Shown one piece after another: positions 47,919-59,271 of a stretch of 64,000 nucleotides of DNA. The stretch covers positions 1 through 64,000 of IMG/VR virus record IMGVR_UViG_3300050821_003995; one strand, 5' to 3'. The DNA is from a virus. Each line of letters starts with the position of its first letter. Position 1 is the stretch's first letter. Below the pieces are notes generated by a model. It was given only the letters and a program-made list of their open reading frames with translations, did no database searches and was not told the DNA's origin. Made by a program: the position numbers and the translations under genes.

Positions 47919-49208
47919 ATGGATCAAGAACCAGATCAAGAAATTTCCAAGGACAATTCTAGTGCGCGAACTGCCTCAAAAGCCAAGTCAAGATCAATTG
48001 AGGCACTTCGTGCCCTGCTTCGTGGTGTCCATTGGGGTCAGTTCGTCAGCAAGGATCAATCTACCCGCAAGCGGGTTCGCCGTGGTGGGGTTTTGTTCAG
48101 CGCACGCTACGGCTATTTCATGAAGATGACCGGCGTTGGGGTGATGGCAGATGACATAATGATCCGCTTCATCCCCTGCTACTGTCCGATGCGCGGGTTG
48201 GATGATCCAACGGACAATAAAGTGCTCCTGTCAGGTGGTGGTTATTACTTGGTGAAAGCCGATATGACTTTTGTGTCCAAGAAGGGCCGGCGCCGTGATC
48301 GGCAGTTCTACCGCTGCATGATATGCTTGTCCAAGGACACGGTTGGGGAACCGGCGCTGTATGCCGAGCGCAACGTGATGGGGCCAATAGCATGAAACTT
48401 CGCAGCAAGAAGCATACAGTTGAGGAATTAAAGCAAATGCTTGTTGGGATTACTTGGCAGCAATTTCTCACCGTTTACAACCCCAGAGTACGTCAACGCC
48501 CCACTATCACCCTTGATGGCGTCACATTTGCAGCTCGCTACGGCATTTTCCTTAACATCACTGGGGTGGGTATCGTAGCAAATGGGGATCTCCTCAGATT
48601 TATTCCATGTTGGTGCCCGGTACGAGATAGTTTGAAGAATGCAATTATCATGGGTGATTATAACCCTGAATGGAATTCATTTCACAGGCTTGACCTTGTT
48701 TGGTCTGCTAGCCAAAACCAAGATCAAAGGCTGGCCCTTCAATCGTTCAAAAATAGTGGGGTTTACCCGCTTAGAGCAGATGACCCAGTTCTAGGATGGC
48801 AAGATGCAAGCTGACATCTACCGCTACAAGCACAAATTCTACGATCAGGAACGGCTTGATGCCATCCAGCAGAACTACACGCTGGATGATCTCAGGCTGA
48901 TGCTGAAAGGCAAAACCTGGGAAGACGTAGTGAAAATGTCTATCGCTACCTTCGGTGTTGACGGCGTGCATTTCACCGCCCGAATGGGTTGCTTCCTTGC
49001 ACGCCCCGCCATAGCTGTGTGCGCGCTGAACAAGCTGGTGGTGCTGCGCTATATCACGCCTGGGAATACGGTCAGGCCAAACTGGACTTTTGATTCGGTG
49101 CTGGACGGCACCACCCACTGTGGCTTCGTAATTTTGGAGGGTGATTTCACCAATGGCCGCATTGGTGATATAAAGATCACCGATCTGGTAATAGGAGAAG
49201 ATCAATGA
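47919..49208 (+). CDS. three EELRxMLxGxxW-motif proteins (47919-48395, 48392-48814, 48804-49208)
   Basis: IEALRALLRGVHW, VEELKQMLVGITW, LDDLRLMLKGKTW, each followed by GVxFxAR(Y/M)GxF. Confidence 0.65.
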
Positions 49209-49402
49209 GCAAGAAAAAGCTCCCAAGAGCACGAAAAGGTGACCTACCACTAATGCCCGGCGACCCAACACGAGATCCTTACGCTGAAGGGGCCGATGCA
49301 GCACTTGCTGGTGCCAGTGACACAACAAATCCATATCCAATAGCTAGTGATGAAGAAGCTAGCTGGAATGATGGCTACCTTTCAATCGCTGATTATGACT
49401 AA
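49205..49402 (+). CDS. Rmf/CrpP-like small protein
   Basis: YAEGADAALAG...NPY......WNDGY pattern. Confidence 0.55.
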   Translation: MSKKKLPRARKGDLPLMPGDPTRDPYAEGADAALAGASDTTNPYPIASDEEASWNDGYLSIADYD

Positions 49403-50505
49403 CACCAGCAAAATACTGGCCTGCCTGCCAACCCTGAGCAAGCCTGACCTTGCCCAAATCAGGGCCGCCGCTGACAGCCTGCTAGGGCCTGGGGCTGCGC
49501 CAAATGATAGCCCCGCTACCCCCCTATTTGACGCCATAACGCGCGCCCTGGGCTTGCGCCTGGGCTGGGCTGAGTTTCAGGCCGGCACGACGTATAAACC
49601 CTATAAGCGCGGTGAGCGGGCTATTGCTGAATTTTTGGGGTCAACCTTCCCCAGCGCAGCAGACCGCGTGCAGTTCAACGCCATGCTGACTTTCATGATC
49701 GAATGTCTAGTAGACGATTTGAAAGAACGAAAGGTGCCGTTGTCCCTGGGCGCGCTGTGTGTAAATCTGGAGCGCTGCCCTGAGGTCTTCAAGGCAGCCT
49801 TCCCCGGCTACATTGAGGGAGGGGCTGCTCATCTAATCCTGCAACGCATGAAAAGAGGGAAAACATGATAAAGCTTCTGAGCCGGTGGCCACTCATGCTG
49901 AAAAGCACGCACGAAGCAACGCGTCGTGAAAATTGGGAACTGCGTGGGGCTTTGACGGCGGCAAACGCCGAACTGCGGAAGCACCGGCTATTGATTGGTG
50001 GGCTGCGTAGCGGCGCCATCGACCTTACCGATAAAATTAAACAAAAGGTGTGACGATGACCGACCAACCTGCCATAGACCCAACCAGAGCATTTCGTGAC
50101 TACGCCACGCGCATCTCATTCAACATGAGTCTCAGCCGCAATCAGGTAGGCCATCTTGCCGGCGTGGTTATGGAGATTGAGAATGAAGAACTGCTCAATC
50201 AGCTTGATTTTGACACGCGGGTTAAGAGGAAAGATCAAGAGGTTGATAACAATGGTGGGCGTTCCAATTTGTTTGTGACCGGCCGCAGGTCACTTCTCAA
50301 CATGGGCCTTGTAGTGCACGACCCACGCTGGTTGGCTGCTTCTAAGGCTTGTGAATTGGACAAACGCCTCTTTTGGAAATACACCGGCCCCTCCTACCAA
50401 CTCACACCAGCGGGGCAGCACGTCGTTGAACTGTTGCGTATTGCCGGGCTGATCCCCAAAGCCGCTGCCAACAGCAATAAGAAGCACAAGCGCAAGGCAG
50501 CATAA
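49395..50505 (+). CDS. three hypothetical proteins (49395-49868, 49865-50053, 50050-50505)
   Basis: Coupled ORFs upstream of the helicase. Confidence 0.55.
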
Positions 50506-51911
50506 TGCTCCTTGGTGCTTTACAAGAGAATCTCATAACTCTTTTGAGTTGGGACGATAAGCGCGCACCCATAATCCGTGGGGTGGTGGCGCCTGAGCTA
50601 TTCGGTGGTCATTACCGCACCATTGTCGCCCGTGTGTACGACTACATCGATAAATACAAGAAAGCCCCCAAAGACCACCTGCCCGACTTGCTCATGGACA
50701 AGCTTGAGGCACCGGGGCGTGAGGCAGACCTGTACATTGAAACCGTTGACTCCATCTCATCTGCCCGTGACGGCATTAACGCCACCTACGTCATGTCGCA
50801 GTTGGAGCTTTTTGTAAAGCGGCAATCATTCAGATCATTGGGCATTGAGTTTGTCAACGCCATCAAGAAGGACACTGAGGAATCACTAGCCGAAGCCGAA
50901 GCCATCATGGCCAAGGCTAACACCCAAGCCCTGAGCGTGTTTGACCCAGGGATCAGGCTCAGCGACAAGCGCGCCATGAGCTTCCTTGATATTCAGGAGC
51001 ACAGCTTCCCCACTGGCATACCTGAATTGGATAAACGCAGCTTTGGCCCTACCCGCAAGGAGCTTTGGCTGTTTATTGGCAACACCAAGGCCGGCAAGTC
51101 ATGGGCGCTCATCCAATTGGCCAAGATGGCGGCGCTGCACCGTTTCAAGGTGTGTCACATATCATTGGAAATGTCGCGCGAACGCTGTGCGCAGCGCTAC
51201 TACCAAAGCCTGTTTGCTATCTCAAAACGCAAAGAGACATTCAGGAACACCAAGTTTCAGAAGGACAAGCTTAACCGTATCACCGGCTATGACGATGTGA
51301 GGGTGCAGCCATCATTGACCTATGATGACCCCGACATCCGCAGGAAGCTGGGTCGGCGTATTGACCGCTATGCTGACCGGCTGCTTGACAATATCGTTAT
51401 CCGTGACTTCCCCATGGGCACGATGACCATTCAGCACATGAAGGCATATTTGGATAACCTTGAGCAAACCCAGAACTTCGTACCCGATCTGCTGATCATA
51501 GATTATCCCGATTTAATGCGGTTGGACAAGGACAACTACCGGCTCAGCATTGATGAAGCCTATAAGGATATCCGTGGCATAGCGGGCACCCGTAACATAG
51601 CCTGCGCGGTGGTGAGCCAATCACACCGGGCCGGTGCCAAGGCCAAGCAGGTTGGGGCTGAAAACGTGGCTGAAGCCTACTCAAAAATTGCCCACGCCGA
51701 CACCATTGTGACCTATAGCCAAACCCCCCAAGAGCGTAAGCTGGGCCTAGCACGGCTGTTCGTAGCCGGTGGCCGCAATGACGAGGACAAGATGACTGTG
51801 GTAATCAGCCAACAATATGGCATGGGGTCTTTCGTTGTGGATAGTACCCTGATGCTTGGTCAGTATTTTGAATCTATTCCTCAAGACGGGCGTGAAGATG
51901 ACGATGCGTAA
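50505..51911 (+). CDS. DnaB-like replicative helicase
   Basis: PTGIPELD, GNTKAGKS, SLEM, IIDYPDLM, VSQ. Confidence 0.88.
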   Translation: MLLGALQENLITLLSWDDKRAPIIRGVVAPELFGGHYRTIVARVYDYIDKYKKAPKDHLPDLLMDKLEAPGREADLYIETVDSISSARDGINATYVMSQLELFVKRQSFRSLGIEFVNAIKKDTEESLAEAEAIMAKANTQALSVFDPGIRLSDKRAMSFLDIQEHSFPTGIPELDKRSFGPTRKELWLFIGNTKAGKSWALIQLAKMAALHRFKVCHISLEMSRERCAQRYYQSLFAISKRKETFRNTKFQKDKLNRITGYDDVRVQPSLTYDDPDIRRKLGRRIDRYADRLLDNIVIRDFPMGTMTIQHMKAYLDNLEQTQNFVPDLLIIDYPDLMRLDKDNYRLSIDEAYKDIRGIAGTRNIACAVVSQSHRAGAKAKQVGAENVAEAYSKIAHADTIVTYSQTPQERKLGLARLFVAGGRNDEDKMTVVISQQYGMGSFVVDSTLMLGQYFESIPQDGREDDDA

Positions 51912-52830
51912 GTCTACAATGATGACGAAGGAGACGAAGCCTGAGGGTGCCCTCTCAATAGAGGAAGCACACAAAGCTCGGTACACTGTTTATAGCGCAA
52001 TATACAAGCATAGGGAAATAACTAAACGCAATGTCGCGCCGGGGGCCTTTTGGTTCCATTCGAAACCTGGGGACTTTGTCCAAATTGGTTGGGCGTTTGA
52101 AAACTACTTCCACGCCTACGCCTACAGCCTCAAATGCAAAGAGCAAGCCCGTGAGCAACCTATGGACCCCTGAAGACACTCAAGGCACCATTACGCAGGT
52201 CATCAAAGAGTTGCCTATGGGTGCCGTGCAAACCTGGGAAGGCGTTGCGCTGCTGGTGAGCGGGTCACAAAAGCCAATCTACCTGTTTGTGATTGAGAAC
52301 CAGGGCAAGAACCCACTTTTGCAATTTGCCAATCCCAAAGACAGCTTGACCTTGCGGGGTGACGTAATCCAATACACCACAGGTGAAACCGTGTGTCACA
52401 AGAAGTTCTTCAACCGCAACTTCGTGCCAACCTTCTTCATCTTTGACAACTACCTGCACGCCTATGCGTTTCAGCGGAAGCTGGCTGCGGTTGGGCATGT
52501 GGTTAGAGTGGAGAAGTACAAATGAGGACCAGCACACCAGAAGGTGCACTCAATCAAATTGAAGCTATTGCAATCGCAAAACAAAAAGGAATTATCTACA
52601 AGGTGTACTCAAACGGCTTTAGCACAATTAAAAACGATAGAGGAAAGCTGATTGCAGCCCGTACCACCAAATACAATATGAGTATAAACAAAATTGATAC
52701 AGTAGGGCATAAGTCAGATATTGTGTTGGGGGCTTGGTTCAGAAGTGAAGTCCAGTTGGGCTATCTATTTGATAATTATTTCCATGCTTATGCCTATAGC
52801 CTGAAGCGAAAGGGCGTCACTTGTGATTAA
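51904..52830 (+). CDS. three FxNYxHAYA-motif proteins (51904-52173, 52151-52525, 52522-52830)
   Basis: FENYFHAYAY, FDNYLHAYAF, FDNYFHAYAY. Confidence 0.65.
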
Positions 52831-54382
52831 CAAGCGTGCCATCCGCAAGTTTCTTGAGCGCAAGCTTACCAATTTTGATTGGATAAAGAAGTACAAGAAA
52901 TTGGAACTGCTCAATGAATTGTCCTACCTGAAACCTGCCCCGCAGTTTGGCAAGATCAAGCCATGGCTGCACCAAATGGCATGCTTTCTCATCTGCTTGG
53001 AACTAAAGCGCTTCATGTTTAACATTGACATGGGTGGGGGCAAATCGCTGCTGACCATCATGCTGTTGATGTACCGCAAACAGCGCGGTGAAAAGCCCAG
53101 GACCATTGTGTTTGTGCCTTATATCACCAGTGTGCTGACGTGGATAGAACAAGTTGAGGAGCACCACACCGGCCTTCACATCGTGCCCCTATTGGGTACG
53201 GGTGAGGAAAACCTAGCGGCGCTGCAAGGCCCCGGTGACCTGTTCGTGATCTGCTACCAAAGCGCAGTAGCCATGGTCACTGAAACGGTCTTCAACAAAA
53301 AGAAACAAAAGAACCAGTGGCAATTGACCGCCGCGCAGGTGCGCAAGTATTTCGCCGGTTTTGATATGATTGTATGTGACGAAATACACAAGTGTTCGTT
53401 ACCTAGCAGCCTCACCTACCGCATGTGCCGGGCTATATCAGGTCAGTGTGAATGGGCTTTTGGCCTTACCGGTACCCCCTTTGGCAAAGATCCCATTGGC
53501 TTGCAGCCGCAGTTCTATCTGATTGATTTTGGTGAAACGCTAGGCACCACGGTTGAGTTCTTCAGGGCAGTCTTTTACACGGAGGGCAAGAACTATTGGG
53601 GTGGCTACGAATTCACCTTCAAGAAAAAGCTGGAACCTGACCTTCATAGGATGGTCAAAAATTGCTCTATTTATTATGGCATTGATGATCTGCACGACAT
53701 GCCCCCCAAGGTTTATATCTCAAAAAGCCTGCCACCACCGCCCGACTCGGAGGGCTATTGCAAAGCAGCTCTCAAGCAGATCAACGACGCGGTCAAAGGC
53801 AAGGAAAAAGGTGCCTACCGGGTTGTTGAAAGCAATTACCTGAAGCTGCGACAATTGTCATCCGGCTTCATGACCCTGCGGGGTGAGGACAACGACAAGA
53901 TACAGATTAAGTTTGAGGACAACCCCAAGCTTGAAGCTTTGGTGGATTTGGTCGAAAGTATGCCCTCCACTTCTAAAATGGTTGTATTCCATCATTTTGT
54001 GTACACCAACCAGCTTATCAGTGACCGGCTCAAGGAACTGAAGATCAAGCATGCCCGCGTATGGGGTAAAGCGCGTGATCCCATAGGGCAGTTGCAGAAG
54101 TTCAAATCAGACCCTAACGTGCGCGTGCTGGTCATCAATGTGCGATCTGGCTCAAGTTCTCTCAACTTACAGTTCGCCAACTATTTGGTGTTTTTTGAGC
54201 AACCCGACAACCCCATCGACCGTCAGCAAGCAGAGCGCCGGTTATGGCGCCCCGGTCAGGCCAAGCGCGTCCTCATCTACGACCTGCTCACTCGAGCGAC
54301 AAAAGACCATGCCCTTCACGCTAGCAACAAAGCTGGTGAAGATCTCATGCAATCAATTATCGCTGGGCGTACCAAACTCTAA
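52823..54382 (+). CDS. SNF2-family helicase
   Basis: DMGGGKS, CDEIH, LTGTP, LNLQ, QAERRLWRPGQ. Confidence 0.9.
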   Translation: MINKRAIRKFLERKLTNFDWIKKYKKLELLNELSYLKPAPQFGKIKPWLHQMACFLICLELKRFMFNIDMGGGKSLLTIMLLMYRKQRGEKPRTIVFVPYITSVLTWIEQVEEHHTGLHIVPLLGTGEENLAALQGPGDLFVICYQSAVAMVTETVFNKKKQKNQWQLTAAQVRKYFAGFDMIVCDEIHKCSLPSSLTYRMCRAISGQCEWAFGLTGTPFGKDPIGLQPQFYLIDFGETLGTTVEFFRAVFYTEGKNYWGGYEFTFKKKLEPDLHRMVKNCSIYYGIDDLHDMPPKVYISKSLPPPPDSEGYCKAALKQINDAVKGKEKGAYRVVESNYLKLRQLSSGFMTLRGEDNDKIQIKFEDNPKLEALVDLVESMPSTSKMVVFHHFVYTNQLISDRLKELKIKHARVWGKARDPIGQLQKFKSDPNVRVLVINVRSGSSSLNLQFANYLVFFEQPDNPIDRQQAERRLWRPGQAKRVLIYDLLTRATKDHALHASNKAGEDLMQSIIAGRTKL

Positions 54383-54393
54383 GGAGAAGCCCC

Positions 54394-54936
54394 ATGACGT
54401 TGCTAGGAGCAGACGTGTCACATCGCAATCAACACAACACCGCATGGACATTCGACAAGAAAGAGAAATTAAAGGAGCTGTTCTTAGCCGGCCTTTCAGG
54501 GGGTGCCATAGGTCATGCACTGGGGGTAACCCGCAATTCAGTCATAGGTACCATACATCGCATGGGCCTAAAGCGCAGCAAGTGTGACAGCAGCAGCCCC
54601 ACCACTGCCCACAACACCAAAGCTTTCAAGCCCCGCAGGGCACGCCTACAAGCAAACAGCGGCCCCCTCACCCATTTCACCCAACGCAAGCGACTCAGGG
54701 TAGCCTTGGTGGAAGCACCCGACACGTCCCCAGCCGAACTCACTTTCATTAAAATGTCGGCTTTTGATGCAGCTATACCAATAAAACAACGCCTTACTCT
54801 TTTTCAACTAAACGGTCACACATGCAAGTGGTCTATAGGGAACCCAGGAGAACCAGATTTTTTCTTTTGTGGCGGTGCCCCGGTAAGCGGCTTCCCATAT
54901 TGTCCGCAGCATGCGATACGGGCGTACCGCGCATGA
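54394..54936 (+). CDS. gcrA: GcrA cell-cycle regulator homolog
   Basis: WT....LKELF..GLS...I...LGVTRNSVIG.IHRMGL; TCKWSIGNP..FFFCG...PYCPQH..AY. Confidence 0.9.
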   Translation: MTLLGADVSHRNQHNTAWTFDKKEKLKELFLAGLSGGAIGHALGVTRNSVIGTIHRMGLKRSKCDSSSPTTAHNTKAFKPRRARLQANSGPLTHFTQRKRLRVALVEAPDTSPAELTFIKMSAFDAAIPIKQRLTLFQLNGHTCKWSIGNPGEPDFFFCGGAPVSGFPYCPQHAIRAYRA

Positions 54937-55103
54937 CCGGGAAACGCCATGGTCACACCAAAGGCAGCCGCAAGCCCAACGGCAAATGGAAAGTGGTCAA
55001 ATCACTGACCTATTGCTCTTGGGAGTCAATGAACAGCCGCTGCTACCAAACATCCCATAAATGGTACCATTTATATGGTGGCCGTGGTCATGAACCTCGC
55101 TGA
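54933..55103 (+). pseudogene. truncated HNH endonuclease remnant
   Basis: HG..TYCSWESMNSRC..YGGRG, then an abrupt end; compare the intact paralog at 62597. Confidence 0.7.
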
Positions 55104-57723
55104 AATCAAAACCGCCCGCTCTGGCTTCCTAGCCAAAGCCAAGGCAACCGATGATCCCGGCGAGAAGCATTGGTGCAAGGTCTTTATCGCCAATCTCGAC
55201 TTGATGGCATCGGACGACGAGGAAGAACGCGAGCGCGGCAAGCGGACGTTTGAACAGAACGTCGATTGGTACACGCGGCTGTTTCTGCCGACGCGGCAGA
55301 AAGCGGCCGATTAGTGCGTCGTTACTCGACAACTTCATTGGGATAAAATGGGCTGCGATATTCACCTAGTTCTGGAACAACGCGATGGCGACAAGTGGGT
55401 TGGCGTCGATACCTTCGTCTCGCACAATCGGGCCTATGCGAAAGACGAAATGGATGCCTACTCGTCCCCGATAGCTCGCCAGCGCAATTACAATCGCTTT
55501 GCTGCCCTTGCGGGCGTTAGGGGGAAGGGGCCGGCGGCACGCGGTATCCCCGACAATGCTTCCGACACTGCGCGCTTCCTGGTCAAGAGCTGGGCCAGCG
55601 ACGGACATTCTCACTCGTGGCTACCGATGAAGGAGGCAGCACAAATCTGGCTCAACACCGGATACCACGATCTGAAAGACGCGGCAGACTTCATCAAAAA
55701 ATATCCAGAGTGCCACTACTTCAATGTCGATTGCTCGGAAGGCTCCGGGAAAAGTGCAGACGACTTTCGCGTCGTCTTTTGGTTCGACAACTAACGACAT
55801 ACAGGACGTTAACAGGGAGAGAACAACGATGGCTTACGGGGACCGGATCAACGCGATTAAGCAAGACTGGATCGATGACATTTTGGAGATTTTGCAGCGC
55901 TGGGACGGCCATGGAAAGTTGGAGTTAAAATCTCTCAGCCAAATGTCGTCCGCCGACTTGAGCCGGCTACAGACGATCCTCGATTCAAAGGACCGCCATA
56001 TGCAGACGCAAGCGGTCATACCGAGCATTGCTCTACCCGACAACGGGCACTAACCGCCGACAAGCATGGAGATTGAAATGCCGAAGAAAGACCCGACGCC
56101 GCTTCAAATCACCATGCAAGAGCTTGGTGAAAAGCTGGCTTCAATGAAGGTGGCTTGCGGCCACGTCGGCGCTCCCTGCGTTGAAATCCCGATGGACGAG
56201 ATCAGCGTGTTCACGGATAAGGAAGGCGTGATGCACGCGATCATGACCATGCAAAATCTGATCTACATGGTTGACCGCGTTCTGAGACAGTAGCCGACAT
56301 ACCCGTCCAATGCAGGGAGATTGAAACGTGGCACCATTGAAAGAAAAATATCTCCGAGATCGGTTGCTGCGCATCGTGCTTGATTCACTCTCGATGAAAG
56401 AGGTAACGCGCGAGGAAGCTCTAGCCGCGTGCATGGGCGCCGCTGCCACCGTTCTCGGCACTTACTCCGCACACGATCGGGAAGCGGTCGCCGCGGCCTT
56501 GGATGGTGTCCTGCTCAAACATGCCAATGCGCGTGCCCGAGAGCTTCGCTCTGGCGATGTCGATGCCGACATGGCCCGCAGTAATCAGTAGAATGTAGGA
56601 GGATGACGATGCGCTGCTGCAAGATCAAATGCGACAAGCCGGCCGAATATGAAATCTGGCATGGGCCACATCACGATGACTATACACATTCTTGTTTGGC
56701 TCACATCCCAGACCTGATGACTGATGCGAAAGAGCATCGGATCGTAACGCTACAGCAGATCATCCCGAGTGTTGGCTGTGTTTTTTGCGATCTTAATCTT
56801 ATTCCTAGCGATGGTACACATTCGTTGCCGGGTGGGCGTCAGGCGCTATGCTCGCGCTAACATCACAACAACCGGGACCGCGACGAACGAAACGACTGAT
56901 CCCTGAACAGCAGGCAGAATCATGAGCATTGAAAGCCTCCGCGCCATTGCCACCGATCCCGACGTAATCGATCGCGACTATGCACCGGAAATTGAGGCAG
57001 CGATTACCAAGATCGAAACCGACGTGAAGGTAATCGCGGAGAAGGACGCCGAGATCGCGCACCTCAACAGCGCCTTCGACGATTGTGTCGAGAACGCCAA
57101 CTCATCCCAAGCCGAAGTCGAACGCCAAGCGAAGGTGATCGTGGCGTTAAGGGAAGCGCTTAAGCCGTTCGCCAAACTCGCAAAGGACGACGACTTGAAG
57201 GGCATGCCACCGAGCACAAAATATCTATCGTGGGCCGAGCTAACGATTGCGGATGTACAGCGCGCCGGCCGGGTTTATGAGCAGTCAACACCACTGAGCA
57301 AAGCCGACCGCGACGCCGAAATTGCCGACAGGCTATAGTTAAGCGATATGTCGGGAAACTCAATGTGGGCTGTTTGGGTTGAAGGCGAGAATACCGAACT
57401 TGACCGCGTTGTTAAACGGCGTGGCGGTCCTGGCTTCGATTACCCTTGCGCCAGTAAAACGATGGTCCAATGCGCGCTGTGGGAGTGTCAAAGCCAAGGG
57501 CGCTGCCGCTTAGGCGGCATCCTTGATCTACCGGAGCGCCGCAATGGCCATTGATCGAAACAAGCCGCCGAAGAATCGCCCCGGCTTTCGTTGGGAATGG
57601 CGAGACGGATGCGACTGCGAGAACTGTCCGTGGCGCGGAAGCTGTAGAGGCCAGACATGGCCTCACTGGATCGAAGTGCCGACATATGGCCAATTAACAG
57701 GTAATTATAAATGGACTGGATAA
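55090..57723 (+). other. block of 9 small accessory genes with foreign composition (starts 55090, 55348, 55829, 56066, 56328, 56603, 56922, 57348, 57544)
   Basis: Rich in CGA/TCG/GATC unlike the backbone; begins where the HNH remnant breaks. Confidence 0.6.
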
Positions 57724-58670
57724 CATTCTTGGACAATAGTCATATAGATTATGTGACAAGTGGCCCCAACGTACGTCGGGGGCAAATTGCCCTAAAGTGC
57801 CCCTGGTGCGGGGATGATGATCCCTCTGAACACCTCTCCATTTCACTGACCAAGGACGCTTTTGGGTGCTGGCGCAATGCCAAACACGCCGGGCGCAAGC
57901 CTTATAGTTTGGTGGCTGCGCTGTTGGGCTGCTCATATAGCCAAGCGCGAGTCATTGTGGGGCAGCACAGTGCCCCGGACCCCTCAAACCTTGATGAAGC
58001 CCTGACGGCCCTGGGGGCCACACACGCGCCCGTACAGGGTGCCAAAGCACCCCCTGAGGGGCTACCCCCTGATTTCAAGCCAATCAAGCCCACGGGCCTC
58101 ACAGGCCGTTTTTGGCGGTACCTTAAGAACCGGGGTTTTGATGATGTTGGGGCACTGATCAAAGAATATGGTTTACTCTGTTGTCAGCATGGACGATGGA
58201 AGGATCGAGTAGTGCTTCCACTTTACCACAAAAAGCAATTGGTGGGCTGGACCGCCCGTGCCATTCAGCCCACCGTCAGTGCACCACGCTATCTAAGCTC
58301 TTCAGCCGCGATCAAGACCATTGTGTTTAATGAGGATACCTTGATGAAAGGTGGCAAGCTGTTGTACATAACCGAGGGGCCATTTGATGCTATCAAAATG
58401 GATTTCTATGGTGAGCCTCACGGACTACGGGCAACGTGCCTCTTTGGTGTCAACCCTACACCATCGCAGATAGCAGCACTACAAACTCTAACCCACAAAT
58501 TTGATCGGGTTAGAATATTATTTGACGAAGGGGCTTTTGATGCTGCCCTACAACTTCGTGATTGGCTACCGGGCCGCAACGTGCGAATTGAAACCCTACC
58601 GGTAGGGGTTAGTGATCCTGGGTCACTCAACCGCAAGCAAATCAAAAAGCTTATTCCCATTGTATCCTGA
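57711..58670 (+). CDS. DNA primase (Zn finger + TOPRIM)
   Basis: CPWCG..H..CWR; ITEGPFDA; LFD; DPG. Confidence 0.88.
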   Translation: MDWITFLDNSHIDYVTSGPNVRRGQIALKCPWCGDDDPSEHLSISLTKDAFGCWRNAKHAGRKPYSLVAALLGCSYSQARVIVGQHSAPDPSNLDEALTALGATHAPVQGAKAPPEGLPPDFKPIKPTGLTGRFWRYLKNRGFDDVGALIKEYGLLCCQHGRWKDRVVLPLYHKKQLVGWTARAIQPTVSAPRYLSSSAAIKTIVFNEDTLMKGGKLLYITEGPFDAIKMDFYGEPHGLRATCLFGVNPTPSQIAALQTLTHKFDRVRILFDEGAFDAALQLRDWLPGRNVRIETLPVGVSDPGSLNRKQIKKLIPIVS

Positions 58671-58729
58671 TTTTGACCCGTAGTAGGCTTGAGCCTCAAC
58701 GGGGATCTTCAACATTTTGAGGGCAGGCC

Positions 58730-59260
58730 ATGGCACGCAAACAAATGCGCGTTCAAACGGCGTGGGAACCTACCTGGGATGGGCCGATCAAAGAATGGAC
58801 ATTAAAATTCATATGGAACCAAAAGTGGCGCTGCGATCAAGCCACCAACGAAGTAGATGATTTGCTCCAAGACGGTCATATTGTTTTTATGAGAATATCC
58901 ACCCGGTACCCACGAGTCATGCAGCCAAACCAGTTTATGGCTTTGTACAAAACCGCCTACGCGAACCTCATCCACGACAAGTCATGCCACAAGCGTCGCA
59001 GGCACCATAAGCGCGTGACCAAAGACATATCAGAATTGCATGGCCTTGTGGGTGAAACAACGAATACGGGGTATATCAAAGCCCTGCTCGAGGAAGCCCC
59101 CGACGAACTAAAACTGGCCATGGCGCTGGTAACCAGCGGCACCGTGGCTTTGAGGGGTGACGAACCATTGAAAACATTGAACGCCAAGCTTAGACGTATT
59201 CTAGGGCTTGAGAGCACTTTTGACCTGAAACAGGCCATTCACGAACTGCTGTTCAACTAA
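58730..59260 (+). CDS. sigma-factor-like protein (region 2)
   Basis: EVDDLLQDGHIVF...Y...F....AYANLIHD. Confidence 0.55.
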   Translation: MARKQMRVQTAWEPTWDGPIKEWTLKFIWNQKWRCDQATNEVDDLLQDGHIVFMRISTRYPRVMQPNQFMALYKTAYANLIHDKSCHKRRRHHKRVTKDISELHGLVGETTNTGYIKALLEEAPDELKLAMALVTSGTVALRGDEPLKTLNAKLRRILGLESTFDLKQAIHELLFN

Positions 59261-59271
59261 AGGAGCACCCT

